Positions 7,354 through 16,363 of a stretch of 17,590 bases of DNA are shown piece after piece (position 1 is the stretch's first letter; every line of letters begins with the position of its first letter). The stretch lies in assembly GCA_963662545.2 (NCBI GenBank), contig CAXXLL010000001.1, positions 1-17,590 of the forward strand, read 5' to 3'. The stretch comes from Gammaproteobacteria bacterium (GTDB lineage Bacteria > Pseudomonadota > Gammaproteobacteria > Ga0077536). The notes under the pieces are model-generated. The model searched no databases. It was not told where the DNA came from and was given only the letters and a program-made list of their open reading frames with translations. The position numbers were made by a program, and so were the translations under genes.

Positions 7354-9267
7354 CTATTGCGGGTCGAGCAGGTAGCTGTCGCCCTCGCGCATATTTTCTT
7401 TGAGCCACGTAGCGGCGCCGGCTTCGGTCGGTTGCAGCATCGGTACCTCGCCTCTTGTGGCTGTGATCTTGGCGCGAAGCTTTGCAGTGGCGATCTCGTC
7501 CAGCTGGAAGGTCTCCGGATCCATTACGACGCCGTAGTTGTCCCGAGCCGTCTTGAAGCTGATGATCTCGTCGCGCACGTGTTCACACACTTTTTCCGCC
7601 GGGCGAGCTAGCGGGTCACCGTAACCGCCACCGCCGGACGAGACACCCACCCAGACCTCACCGGGCTCGATTTTCATGTAGCCCTTGCTCGAGCAGTAAT
7701 CGCGGTGCCCGGCTGCCAGATTTTCGCGGTAGTTGCCGCCGCCGATGCCGGGCGTGCCCCCGAACAAACCAAAGGGCGGGTTCGACGCGCCGTCGCCCGT
7801 CACATGGCAATCCATGGGCGTGCCATAAGGCCGCACGACGATATTGATGCCGGCACCCCCCATGGTGTTGCCATGACCCATGGAATCGGTCTCGATTTCA
7901 TGCTTATCGATCATGAGCGGGTAGAGCAGTTCGCTCATCTCGGTGCTCAGGATCTTGAGGCCGCCGAGACCAGACGAAAGCATGATCAAGGGCCAGCCGT
8001 CGGCATTTTTCGAAGCGCCGCCGCCGGAGCCCCCGTTGAAGAACATCGCAGCCCAGTCCACCGGTTCGTCGCCGCGCTCGTCGACGCCCGAGATTGAAGG
8101 GACGCAGTGGAATCCGCCGTAACCCGCGGACGATCGTTCCGGAACTGCCTGCGCCAGCGCTTTCCACACGACCTCCTGTTCCTGAGCGGCAGGACACAGC
8201 GTCGCCATGGCGGTTGCCGCCGGGTATTTGGCTTTAACGATCGAGCCTTCCGGGGCGTCGCAACTGATATGTCTCAAGCAGCCTTCGTTATGCGGAATGT
8301 TGGGATCGATGGCGCACAGCACCGGGATTCCGGCCGAGGCCTCCATCACGCCCTGCGTGCCGTTGGTGCCGCCCGCGCCCTGGGGCGAGCTGCCCGCAAA
8401 ATCGACGTGAATATGATCGCCTTGGACTTTGACTTCGGCGCACACCTTGAGGTTGGTGTTGCCCATGCCGTCGGAGTCGATCCACGATTCCGCGAAATAG
8501 CTGCCGTCGGGTATGTTGTGGATCTCTTCGCTGGTGCGCCGGTCGGCGTAGTCGAGAATCGCGTCGATGTAATGGGTCAGCTCTTCGGGACCGTATTCAT
8601 CGACGAGTTCCACCATCCGCCGCTTGCCGGTCCAGATGGAGCCGAGCTGCGCCATCAGATCGCCGTACAGCAGGTCGCGATAACGCACGTTGGCGAGATA
8701 CATGTTGATCACATCGGTACGCGGCTCGCCTTTTTCGTAGAACTTGATCGGCGGCAGTTGCAGCGCTTCCTGCCACACGTTCTTGGCGCTCGGCGCGACG
8801 CTGGTTGCCTCGTAGGCGCCGCAGTCGAGCTGGTGCCCCTTGGTCACGGCCCAGAACAGGTGTTCGCCCTTGTAGAACACGGGGCAGGCGGTGACGAAAT
8901 CGCCGACGTGAGTGTTACCGCTGTACGGGTCGTTGCTGACGATGACGTCGCCGTCGTAGACCTTGCCCTCGAAGGCATTGACCATGGAGTGCAGAATCAC
9001 GTGCAGCGAATTGGTATGGATGGGCAGTGCATCCATCATGCACACCTGTCGCGCCTTGGCGTCGTAGATGGCACAGGAGAAGTCGCGCGCCAGCGCCAGG
9101 ATCGACGTCCATGCCGTGTACTCCAAGGTCAAGGTCATCTCCCTCGCAATGGTTTTGAAGCGGTTCAAAATCACGGAAAACGTGATCGGGTCGATGTTTT
9201 CATCGGCCAGCAGCGGGATCTTGTCGTGCTGGGAATCGAAATCCTTAACTGGTTGTACAGTACTCAT
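7354..9267 (-). CDS. hyuB: Hydantoinase B/oxoprolinase-family protein (metal-binding amidohydrolase subunit), 637 aa
   Basis: IDPITFSVI, ARDFSCAIYD, PIH, NDPYSGNTHVGD, GHQLDCG, QEALQLPP, GDLMAQ, VDFAGSSPQ, SGGGGYGDPLAR; RBS AGGAGG. The symbol is family-level only; substrate unknown. Confidence 0.93.
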   Translation of the reverse strand: MSTVQPVKDFDSQHDKIPLLADENIDPITFSVILNRFKTIAREMTLTLEYTAWTSILALARDFSCAIYDAKARQVCMMDALPIHTNSLHVILHSMVNAFEGKVYDGDVIVSNDPYSGNTHVGDFVTACPVFYKGEHLFWAVTKGHQLDCGAYEATSVAPSAKNVWQEALQLPPIKFYEKGEPRTDVINMYLANVRYRDLLYGDLMAQLGSIWTGKRRMVELVDEYGPEELTHYIDAILDYADRRTSEEIHNIPDGSYFAESWIDSDGMGNTNLKVCAEVKVQGDHIHVDFAGSSPQGAGGTNGTQGVMEASAGIPVLCAIDPNIPHNEGCLRHISCDAPEGSIVKAKYPAATAMATLCPAAQEQEVVWKALAQAVPERSSAGYGGFHCVPSISGVDERGDEPVDWAAMFFNGGSGGGASKNADGWPLIMLSSGLGGLKILSTEMSELLYPLMIDKHEIETDSMGHGNTMGGAGINIVVRPYGTPMDCHVTGDGASNPPFGLFGGTPGIGGGNYRENLAAGHRDYCSSKGYMKIEPGEVWVGVSSGGGGYGDPLARPAEKVCEHVRDEIISFKTARDNYGVVMDPETFQLDEIATAKLRAKITATRGEVPMLQPTEAGAATWLKENMREGDSYLLDPQ

Positions 9268-9301
9268 CAGGAATCCTCCTGTTTACTCTCTACGCCCCAT
9301 T

Positions 9302-11365
9302 TCAAAGCTCTAGGACGAAATCACCGTACTCATTCACTTTAAGCTTCTGGCCCGGAAAGACCACGATGGTCGTGTTCTGCTGCTCCACGACGGCGGGACC
9401 GGTGATCATCATACCGCGTTTGAGCCGATCTCCGTCGTAAATTTTGGTGTCGCGATAGTCGTCGATATCGCCGAAATAGACCCGACGCGTCCCTTTCTGG
9501 ACCGTGGTGACGGGTTCGCCGGTCACCGGCAGCTCGGGGGTTTGCGGCGACTGCACGGCCCGGTGCGCGATCACGCGCCAGTGGAAGAAGTCGACCGAAC
9601 TCTCGCGCACGCTGTAACTGAACATGCGTTCGTGTAGGTCGTGGAAGGCTTCGGCCATTTCATCGATATGCGCCTCGGTCAACGGCCCGTCGGCCTTGAG
9701 CGGAACCGTCAGCTCGTGGATCTGCGCCGGATACTTGGCATCCGCGAAGCGCGTGAGGGTTACCTCGCCCTCGGGAAAACCCTCCTCGATCATATCGTCG
9801 AGCGCCTTGCGTTCCAGATCGGCGATGACTTTATTCGCGCCTTCCAGATCGAAGCGCTTGGTGTTGGTCGCGAAGGCCTGCATGTAATCATGACGTACGT
9901 CGCTGACGATCATGCCGACGGAGCAGAACACGCCACTGTAGCGCGGAATAATCGCAGTTTTCATGCCGAGCGTGCGGCCGAGCATGCCGGCGTGGATAGC
10001 GCCCGCCCCGCCCCCGACCACGAGCGAGTAATGTCGTGGATCGATTCCACGCTCGATCGAGACCACGCGGATCGCATCCACCATGTTGTTGTTGATGATC
10101 CGGAATATGCCGTGCGCCGCTTCGGGCACCGTCAGATCGAGCGGCTTTGCAATAAGGTTCTCAATCGCACGTTCGGAGAGCTCAACATTAATCTCGCGCC
10201 GCCCGCCGAGAAAATAATCCGGATTGATATAACCCAGGACGACGTTCGCATCGGTGCATGTTGGATCGGTGCCGCCCTGAGCGTAACACACCGGTCCCGG
10301 TTCGGCGCCCGCGCTCTGCGGACCGACCTGCAGTGCGCCGCCCTTGTCAATCCAGGCGATGCTGCCGCCGCCGGCGCCTACGGAATGCACGTCGACCGCG
10401 GCGACGCCGACCGGCAGGTCGTGCACGCGAAGCTCGCGCGTCAAAGTCGGCGTGCCGTCGGTAACCATCGAGACATCGAAACTGGTACCGCCCATGTCGA
10501 TCGTGATCACATTCTCCATCCCGACTCGTTGGGAACAATGGAGCCCGGCTATGGGTGCCGCCGCCGGACCGGAGGCCAGCGTGTAAATCGGCCGATGCAG
10601 AATCTTGTTGACCGTCGAGCTGCCGCCATTGAGCTGCATGATCAAGAGCGGATGACGAAAACCGTTACCGTGCAGGAACTCTTCGAGTTCCACCATGTAG
10701 CGTGCAATGCCCGGGATCACATACGCGCTCAACACCGTGCAGGTCGTGCGCTCCCATTCGCGGATCATCGGCAGCACATCGGAACTCAACACCACCGGCA
10801 CGCCCGGCAGTTTCTCTTCGATGATCGCTTTAACGCGCCGCTCGTGATCGGCGTTCATGATCGACCACAAAAAGGCGACTGCCACGGATTCGACACCAGC
10901 ATTTTTGAGCTTCACGGCGGCGGCATGCACCGAATCTTCCTCGAGCGGTGCTACGACCTCACCGGTGTAGTTCACGCGCTCCTTGATCGGAATGCGCAGG
11001 TAGCGCGGAATGAAATCTTCCGGCGGTTGCAGTTGGATGTTGTAGCGGTCGGGTTTGAAGCCATCGCGAAAGTGAATGACGTCGCGGAATCCCTCGGTGC
11101 ATAACAGTGCGGTCTTAGGTCCGTTACGTTGGATTACCGTATTGGTCGCAATGGTCGAACCGTGGACGAACAAATCGAGGCGATCGAGGAATTTGTCGAG
11201 GCTCATCTCGGCCTGTTCGGCCAGAGCGCGAATCCCCCGCTGGATCGCTTCTGCGGGATCTTTAGGCGTCGTCGCCTCTTTCCACAGCGCAATGTGACCG
11301 TCTTTGTCGAGCAGGGAGAAATCGGTGAAGGTGCCGCCGATATCGACACCCAGTACGTAGTGCAT
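9302..11365 (-). CDS. hyuA: Hydantoinase A/oxoprolinase-family protein (ATP-binding subunit), 687 aa
   Basis: GVDIGGTFTD, HGSTIATN, TEGFRD, REWERT, SGPAAA, IDMGGTSFDVS, SVGAGGGSIA, VGPQSAGAEPGP, PTCTDAN, GGAGAIH, GPAVVEQ; RBS AAGAGG. The symbol is family-level only. Confidence 0.95.
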   Translation of the reverse strand: MHYVLGVDIGGTFTDFSLLDKDGHIALWKEATTPKDPAEAIQRGIRALAEQAEMSLDKFLDRLDLFVHGSTIATNTVIQRNGPKTALLCTEGFRDVIHFRDGFKPDRYNIQLQPPEDFIPRYLRIPIKERVNYTGEVVAPLEEDSVHAAAVKLKNAGVESVAVAFLWSIMNADHERRVKAIIEEKLPGVPVVLSSDVLPMIREWERTTCTVLSAYVIPGIARYMVELEEFLHGNGFRHPLLIMQLNGGSSTVNKILHRPIYTLASGPAAAPIAGLHCSQRVGMENVITIDMGGTSFDVSMVTDGTPTLTRELRVHDLPVGVAAVDVHSVGAGGGSIAWIDKGGALQVGPQSAGAEPGPVCYAQGGTDPTCTDANVVLGYINPDYFLGGRREINVELSERAIENLIAKPLDLTVPEAAHGIFRIINNNMVDAIRVVSIERGIDPRHYSLVVGGGAGAIHAGMLGRTLGMKTAIIPRYSGVFCSVGMIVSDVRHDYMQAFATNTKRFDLEGANKVIADLERKALDDMIEEGFPEGEVTLTRFADAKYPAQIHELTVPLKADGPLTEAHIDEMAEAFHDLHERMFSYSVRESSVDFFHWRVIAHRAVQSPQTPELPVTGEPVTTVQKGTRRVYFGDIDDYRDTKIYDGDRLKRGMMITGPAVVEQQNTTIVVFPGQKLKVNEYGDFVLEL

Positions 11366-11457
11366 ATTATTTCCTCTTATCGGTCATGCTTCGCGCAGGT
11401 AAAGGTTCCGCAGGTGCCTGTCGGATTTCACATAAATTTCACGACAAGCAATTTAGG

Positions 11458-11486
11458 ATCATAATCGTCGACGTGCCAGGATCCAA
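11458..11486 (-). promoter_or_regulatory. Candidate sigma70 promoter for the hydantoinase A-B operon
   Basis: Minus strand TTGGAT-N17-TATGAT about 90 nt upstream of the ATG at 11365. Confidence 0.4.
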
Positions 11487-11673
11487 TTGCCACGGGAATT
11501 ATCGAAGCTCGTAAACCAAATGAATTCATAGAGTTTCACTCGTGGGACCCGGATTCAAGCGGCCAGATTCGGACTGAGGTGGGCCGGTTCCGTGCCTTTT
11601 CGGGCACGGTAGCGTTCCGGAAAATTCTTAAAAATGGACAAAATAAAAGTCCTTCCATCTTAACTAATTTGTT

Positions 11674-11679
11674 TATAAT
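11674..11679 (+). promoter_or_regulatory. Candidate -10 element for the DUF1329 gene
   Basis: Perfect TATAAT within an AT-rich tract (~11621-11680), 44 nt upstream of ATG 11723; no good -35, so possibly activator-dependent. Confidence 0.35.
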
Positions 11680-11722
11680 TCGATGTTATGGTCGCGATTC
11701 GCGTCCTGATGGAGGGAATTCA

Positions 11723-13099
11723 ATGAACCTATTTAATCGGTTAGCCGCGCTCGCCTTTTGTAGTGTCCTCATTGCAAGCGTGCATTCAGAGCGGGCTAGA
11801 GCAGCTGGTGTCGAAGAATTCGAAGGATGGCTTAAAGCCAATCAAGACGCCAATTTCCAATTCGTCGACGGCGATCTGATTCACTACGAAGACTGCGAAG
11901 AGCTGAAGCCGTTCGTCCCACCGGGCTGGATCCAGGCCGGTTTCTGTTTCGAAGGCATGGAGTACCGGATCAAGGATCCGGGCGATCTCACCCCACCGCA
12001 GGCCTATAAGGACGCGACGGAGAAATTCGCGGGCCAGGCCACGCTGGATGATAAAGGTGGTCTTCAGAATTACACCGCGGGACGCCCCTTCGATCGGACG
12101 AAGTTTACGCCCGGCAGTACGGAAGATGGCTATAAGGCGATTTGGAATTACAACTGGCGCTGGCAGCACGATGGCCTGCGCATCGAGGAAGTGGAATGGG
12201 TCTGGGTCGAACGCGGCGGCACGCACGACGACCATGAACTCATGAAGCGTTGGACCGGCAAGTACTATGGTGGCGGCGGCAAGTTCAGCCGCGTTATGTA
12301 CGGCCCGTACCAAAAAGTGATCATGAATGGTCTAGCACACCGGGCCGATACCGGCTACCGGATCCCCGGCCGCTGGGCCGATAACACGGAGTTCCGGGAA
12401 TACACGGGTTTCACCTCACCGTTCGATATCGCCGGTACGGCTTTCCTCATTCTGCGCTACATGGATCCCCATAAAGCTGATCATTCCTGGGCCTACATTC
12501 CGAGCTTGCGCCGCGTGCGCCGCATATCGGTTGAGGTTAAATCGGATGTCTTGTTGGGAACAGAGGATACGCTTGAAGACTTTTACGGGTTTGCGGGCCG
12601 CCCCGTCGAGTGGGACTGGGTGTTCCTGGGCACGGTCAAGACGCTGTCAATCTCGAGGTCGCGGGACCTCAACACGCACTTTGGTGGTCCGGACGGCTGG
12701 CAGGAGGTGGACGATTACGCCTTGATGGAAATGGATGTCATCAAGGGCATTCCGCATTTGGCGCCGGGCCATCCCTATTCGAGCAAGATCGTGATGACTA
12801 GCGCGATGAGTGGTACGCCTTACTATTCAGAAGCGTACGACGTAGGCGGCAAGTTGTGGAAGGTGTGGAAGATCCCGAAAGTCTGGACCGAAGATCCCTG
12901 GTTCAAAGCCAAGGATAAAGCCGGGGCTGGCGAAACGCCGGAGGGCACGCGGATGAGCGCGTTTCAGGGGATCCAGGTGGTGAACCTGCAGAACTGGCGT
13001 GCAACGATTATTCCGTGCCGCGGTTTGAGCTATCCGCGCGTCGAATTCAAGACCATTAAGCGAACCCATGACGTGAACCGGTTGACGGAAGGACGTTAG
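11723..13099 (+). CDS. DUF1329-family exported protein (LolA-like/outer-membrane lipoprotein-sorting-like fold), 458 aa
   Basis: Signal peptide MNLFNRLAALAFCSVLIASVHSERARA; family motifs AT.KFAGQA.L, NYTAGRPF, AIWNY, SPFDIAGTAFL, WAYIPSLRRVRRIS, YSSK, YDVGGKLWK; RBS GGAGGG. Confidence 0.85.
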   Translation: MNLFNRLAALAFCSVLIASVHSERARAAGVEEFEGWLKANQDANFQFVDGDLIHYEDCEELKPFVPPGWIQAGFCFEGMEYRIKDPGDLTPPQAYKDATEKFAGQATLDDKGGLQNYTAGRPFDRTKFTPGSTEDGYKAIWNYNWRWQHDGLRIEEVEWVWVERGGTHDDHELMKRWTGKYYGGGGKFSRVMYGPYQKVIMNGLAHRADTGYRIPGRWADNTEFREYTGFTSPFDIAGTAFLILRYMDPHKADHSWAYIPSLRRVRRISVEVKSDVLLGTEDTLEDFYGFAGRPVEWDWVFLGTVKTLSISRSRDLNTHFGGPDGWQEVDDYALMEMDVIKGIPHLAPGHPYSSKIVMTSAMSGTPYYSEAYDVGGKLWKVWKIPKVWTEDPWFKAKDKAGAGETPEGTRMSAFQGIQVVNLQNWRATIIPCRGLSYPRVEFKTIKRTHDVNRLTEGR

Positions 13100-13143
13100 T
13101 CAACGATCACGCTTTACGTCTATCGAAGATAGATGGTTTCACA

Positions 13144-13175
13144 CCGGCTCCGGTAGGGCGACCTGCCGGAGCCGG
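13144..13175 (+). terminator. GC-rich stem-loop after DUF1329 (terminator or 3' stabilising hairpin)
   Basis: CCGGCTCCGGTAGG-GCGA-CCTGCCGGAGCCGG: 14-bp stem with one G-U pair and a GNRA tetraloop on the sense strand; no U-tract. Confidence 0.55.
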
Positions 13176-13627
13176 CACATCTCGGTGGCGGTGATGGCTC
13201 CGCATTCTCACGGCAGAACGCACCCGTTTCCGGTGTCACTCGTATCGGGCGGTGTCGAAGACGATGACTTGCAACGGAAGATTTCCGGTCCAGTCATCCG
13301 GCTCCAGCTGGTGGACTTAAGCTGCGCTTACAATGCGCGCCAGCTAGTCCTACCATAAGCAATCACACGCAGTAATCTCATATACGAGAAGCTTTTCGAG
13401 CTGGCCCGTATCGGTCGCATGCGTCGGAAAAATCGCATTGTGCGCGCACCGAATACAACCCTCTACGCAGCGCAGAAGGATGGGCGGGTGACGCATTTGC
13501 TTTTCGATCGTTATACGGCCGTGTATTGGATCGGTGCCTGACTGGGAACAAGGTCGAATCAACGAAAAGTAGATATGCCGCAGCCGTATCGTAAAATGAT
13601 TCACCGTCACCAGAGCTAAGGGTTGCA

Positions 13628-16081
13628 ATGAACACGAGCAGCGTCCCGGCCCACGCCCGTGCCGTCGTCGTCGGTGGCGGCGTCATTGGCTGTTCGACGG
13701 CCTACCATCTCGCCAAGCTCGGCTGGACCGACGTGATCGTGCTCGAGCGCAAGCAGGTGAGTTCGGGCACGACCTGGCACGCCGCCGGACTCGTCACCAC
13801 GCTGCGGGACAGTGAGAGTCAGACCCGGCTGGCGCAGTATTCGCTCAAGCTCTACGAGGATTTGGAAGCGGAAACCGGTCAGGCGACCGGGTTCATCAAG
13901 TGCGGCTCCATCCAACTCGCGGCGACGGCCGAGAAAGCCGAGGAGATGCGCCGCGGCTGTGCGATGGCGCGCATTTTCGGCGTCGAGAACGAAGAGATCT
14001 CACCCGGCCAGATCAAGGAACTCTTTCCACTGGTCTACGTCGACGATCTCTTGACCGGCTTTTATTTTCCGGATGACGGACGGGTCAATCCGGCCGATGT
14101 AGGGCAGGCGCTCGCCAAGGGCGCGCGCCAGAACGGCGTCAACATCATCGAGGATACGCCGGTGACCGGCTTGCTCGTCGAAAACGGCCGTGCCGTCGGC
14201 GTGCGAACGGACAAGGGCGAGGTCCGCGCCGAGGTCGTCGTGCTGTGCCCCGGCATGTGGGGCCGCGAGGTCGGCTTGATGGCGGGCGTCGACATCCCGC
14301 TGCAGGCGGCCGAGCATTACTACCTTATATCGGAGCCCATCGACGGCGTGCACAATCGGCTGCCGATCTTGCGCGACCCGGGCCGCTGCGTTTACGCGCG
14401 CGAGGAAGCCGGCAAGATTCTGCTGGGTTTCTTCGAACCCGTCGCCGCGCCCTGGGGCGTCGACGGGATCCCCGAGCATTTCTGCTTCGACGAGATCCAG
14501 CCCGATTGGGAACGCATGGAGCCGCACATCGAACGCGGCATGCAGCGCTTACCCGTTCTGTTCGACACCGGTATCCGCCAGTTTTTCTGCGGTCCCGAAT
14601 CCTTTACGCCGGATCACAACTACCTCATGGGCCGTGCGCCGTACGTCGACCGGCTCTTCGTCGCCTGCGGCTTTAATTCGCTGGGGATCCTCTCGGGTGG
14701 CGGCGCGGGCTACGTCGTGGCGAATTGGATCAACGACGGCGTACAGCCGATGGATATCTGGGACGTCGACATCCGGCGCATCCAGCCCTGCCATAACAAT
14801 AAGCCCTTTGTGGTGGATCGCGTGGTGGAGTCGCTCGGGATCGCCTACCAGATGCACTGGCCGAACCGCCAGTGGGAGACCGGGCGCAACATCAAGTTAT
14901 CTATCCTGCACGACCGCCTCGCGGCCGCCGGCGCCTGTTTCGGGGAATCTGCCGGGTGGGAGCGGCCGAACTGGTACGCCAAACCAGGTCAGAAGCCGGC
15001 ATACGAATACGACTTCGGCCGCCAGAACTGGTTCGAGAACAATGCCGAGGAACACCGCGCCGTGCGTGAAGCCGTGGGTGTCTTCGAGCAGACCTCCTTC
15101 GCCAAGATCTTCGTGCAGGGAAGGGATGCGGAACGCGTTTTGAACCGCATCGCAACCGCCGACATGGCGATGCCGCTCGGCAAGGTCGCCTACACGCAGT
15201 TCTTAAACGTGCGCGGCGGGGTCGAGGCCGATCTGACTATTACGCGTCTGGCCGAGGACCGCTACCTGGTCGTGACGGCCGCGTTCACCTGCACCCAGGT
15301 CCATGCCTGGATCCGGGAGAATATTCCGGACGATGCCGCCTGCGTGACCACCGACGTCACGGGCGCCTACGCGATGTTGAACGTGCAGGGCCCAAATTCT
15401 CGCGCGCTCCTGTCGCAGATCTCGAGTGCCGATTTCACCGCGCAAGCATTTCCCTTCGGCACCATGCAGCACATTGAGATCGGCTACCAGTCGGCGATGG
15501 CTGTGCGACTCTCCTATACGGGCGAACTCGGCTGGGAGCTCTACATTCCGACTGAGATGGCGTTACCCGTATACGACCGCCTGATCGAAGCGGGTGCCGA
15601 TCTGGGCCTCAAGCATTGCGGCTACCACACCCTCAACACCCTGCGCATCGAGAAAGCCTATCGCGAGTGGGCGCATGACATGGGACCGCTGGAGACCCTG
15701 CTCGAAGCCGGTCTCGGATTTACCTGCGCCTGGGACAAGCCCGGCGGGTTCATCGGGCGTGAAGCATTGATCGCCGAGCGCGAAGCGAACCCGCTCAAAC
15801 GGCGGCTGGTGCAATTCCTGTTGGACGATCCCGAACCGATGCTGGTGCACAACGAGCCCATCCTGCGCGATCGCGAGCGCGTCGGGTATACGACCTCGGC
15901 AGGCTATGCACACACCCTCGGCGCCTGCGCGGCGATGGGCTATGTCAATCACGAGGACGGCGTGACGGATGCCTTCGTCGCCGATGGAACCTATACGCTC
16001 GAACAGGCCAACCGCACGTACACGGCGAAAGCCTCGTTGAAGCCGATGTACGATCCGAAGAGCGAGCGTACCAAGTCTTAA
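13628..16081 (+). CDS. GcvT-family FAD-dependent oxidoreductase (dimethylglycine/sarcosine dehydrogenase, 4-methylaminobutanoate oxidase-like), 817 aa
   Basis: Rossmann VVVGGGVIG, covalent-flavin motif SGTTWHAAG, EHYY, GPESFTPD, GWERPNWY; folate-binding GCV_T part EHRAVREAVG, LSYTGELGWELY, LRIEKAYREW, PMYDP. Confidence 0.93.
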   Translation: MNTSSVPAHARAVVVGGGVIGCSTAYHLAKLGWTDVIVLERKQVSSGTTWHAAGLVTTLRDSESQTRLAQYSLKLYEDLEAETGQATGFIKCGSIQLAATAEKAEEMRRGCAMARIFGVENEEISPGQIKELFPLVYVDDLLTGFYFPDDGRVNPADVGQALAKGARQNGVNIIEDTPVTGLLVENGRAVGVRTDKGEVRAEVVVLCPGMWGREVGLMAGVDIPLQAAEHYYLISEPIDGVHNRLPILRDPGRCVYAREEAGKILLGFFEPVAAPWGVDGIPEHFCFDEIQPDWERMEPHIERGMQRLPVLFDTGIRQFFCGPESFTPDHNYLMGRAPYVDRLFVACGFNSLGILSGGGAGYVVANWINDGVQPMDIWDVDIRRIQPCHNNKPFVVDRVVESLGIAYQMHWPNRQWETGRNIKLSILHDRLAAAGACFGESAGWERPNWYAKPGQKPAYEYDFGRQNWFENNAEEHRAVREAVGVFEQTSFAKIFVQGRDAERVLNRIATADMAMPLGKVAYTQFLNVRGGVEADLTITRLAEDRYLVVTAAFTCTQVHAWIRENIPDDAACVTTDVTGAYAMLNVQGPNSRALLSQISSADFTAQAFPFGTMQHIEIGYQSAMAVRLSYTGELGWELYIPTEMALPVYDRLIEAGADLGLKHCGYHTLNTLRIEKAYREWAHDMGPLETLLEAGLGFTCAWDKPGGFIGREALIAEREANPLKRRLVQFLLDDPEPMLVHNEPILRDRERVGYTTSAGYAHTLGACAAMGYVNHEDGVTDAFVADGTYTLEQANRTYTAKASLKPMYDPKSERTKS

Positions 16082-16165
16082 GCCGCGTCCGTCGATTTAC
16101 CCCCTCTGTTTGAGTAAATTCGCTGCGTTAACAACGATTTAGCCGCCCCCGAAAGTTGGCTGTCC

Positions 16166-16189
16166 CGGAATTTTCGCGCGGAATTTTCG
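16166..16189. repeat. 11-bp direct repeat CGGAATTTTCG x2 (13-bp period) upstream of the sigma28-like promoter
   Basis: Copies at 16166-16176 and 16179-16189. Confidence 0.6.
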
Positions 16190-16213
16190 GCGCCCGCCAG
16201 GCCGGGCATTTTC

Positions 16214-16240
16214 TAAAGAAATGCTGTCCCCGCCCGATAA
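16214..16240 (+). promoter_or_regulatory. Sigma28 (FliA)-type promoter candidate
   Basis: TAAA-N15-CCCGATAA versus the consensus TAAA-N15-GCCGATAA (one mismatch, exact spacing), ~120 nt upstream of the c-di-GMP gene. Confidence 0.6.
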
Positions 16241-16363
16241 CCAGCAACAGGGTTCGTGCGCCTCGGAAAGCTATGCAGCAGATGTCTCCGGCAGACCTTG
16301 GATTTCGGCGCCGAGCCCCCTAAGAGCCACGAAAAAGGCAAAAGAACCCAAGGATCGCCCCAT

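Noticed and set aside
8107-11104. Long plus-strand ORFs 8107-9342 (411 aa) and 9641-11104 (487 aa)
   Set aside because: Antisense to hyuB/hyuA; typical stop-poor shadow frames of GC-rich genes, with no motifs.
7354-11365. Acetone or acetophenone carboxylase assignment
   Set aside because: No small gamma subunit or additional subunits adjacent; only a two-gene A+B pair. Cannot be fully excluded without phylogeny.
11465-11620. TGGCAC/GGCACG motifs as sigma54 promoters
   Set aside because: No GC at the required -12 position (GG-N10-GC spacing fails) on either strand.
13350-13686. Minus-strand ORFs 13350-13628 and 13378-13686
   Set aside because: No RBS or recognisable domain; they overlap the start of the flavoenzyme gene on the opposite strand.
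16256-16363. 36-codon N-terminal extension of the REC-GGDEF ORF
   Set aside because: Low-complexity, non-domain sequence starting just after the predicted promoter; ATG 16364 or 16385 fits the REC domain start better.
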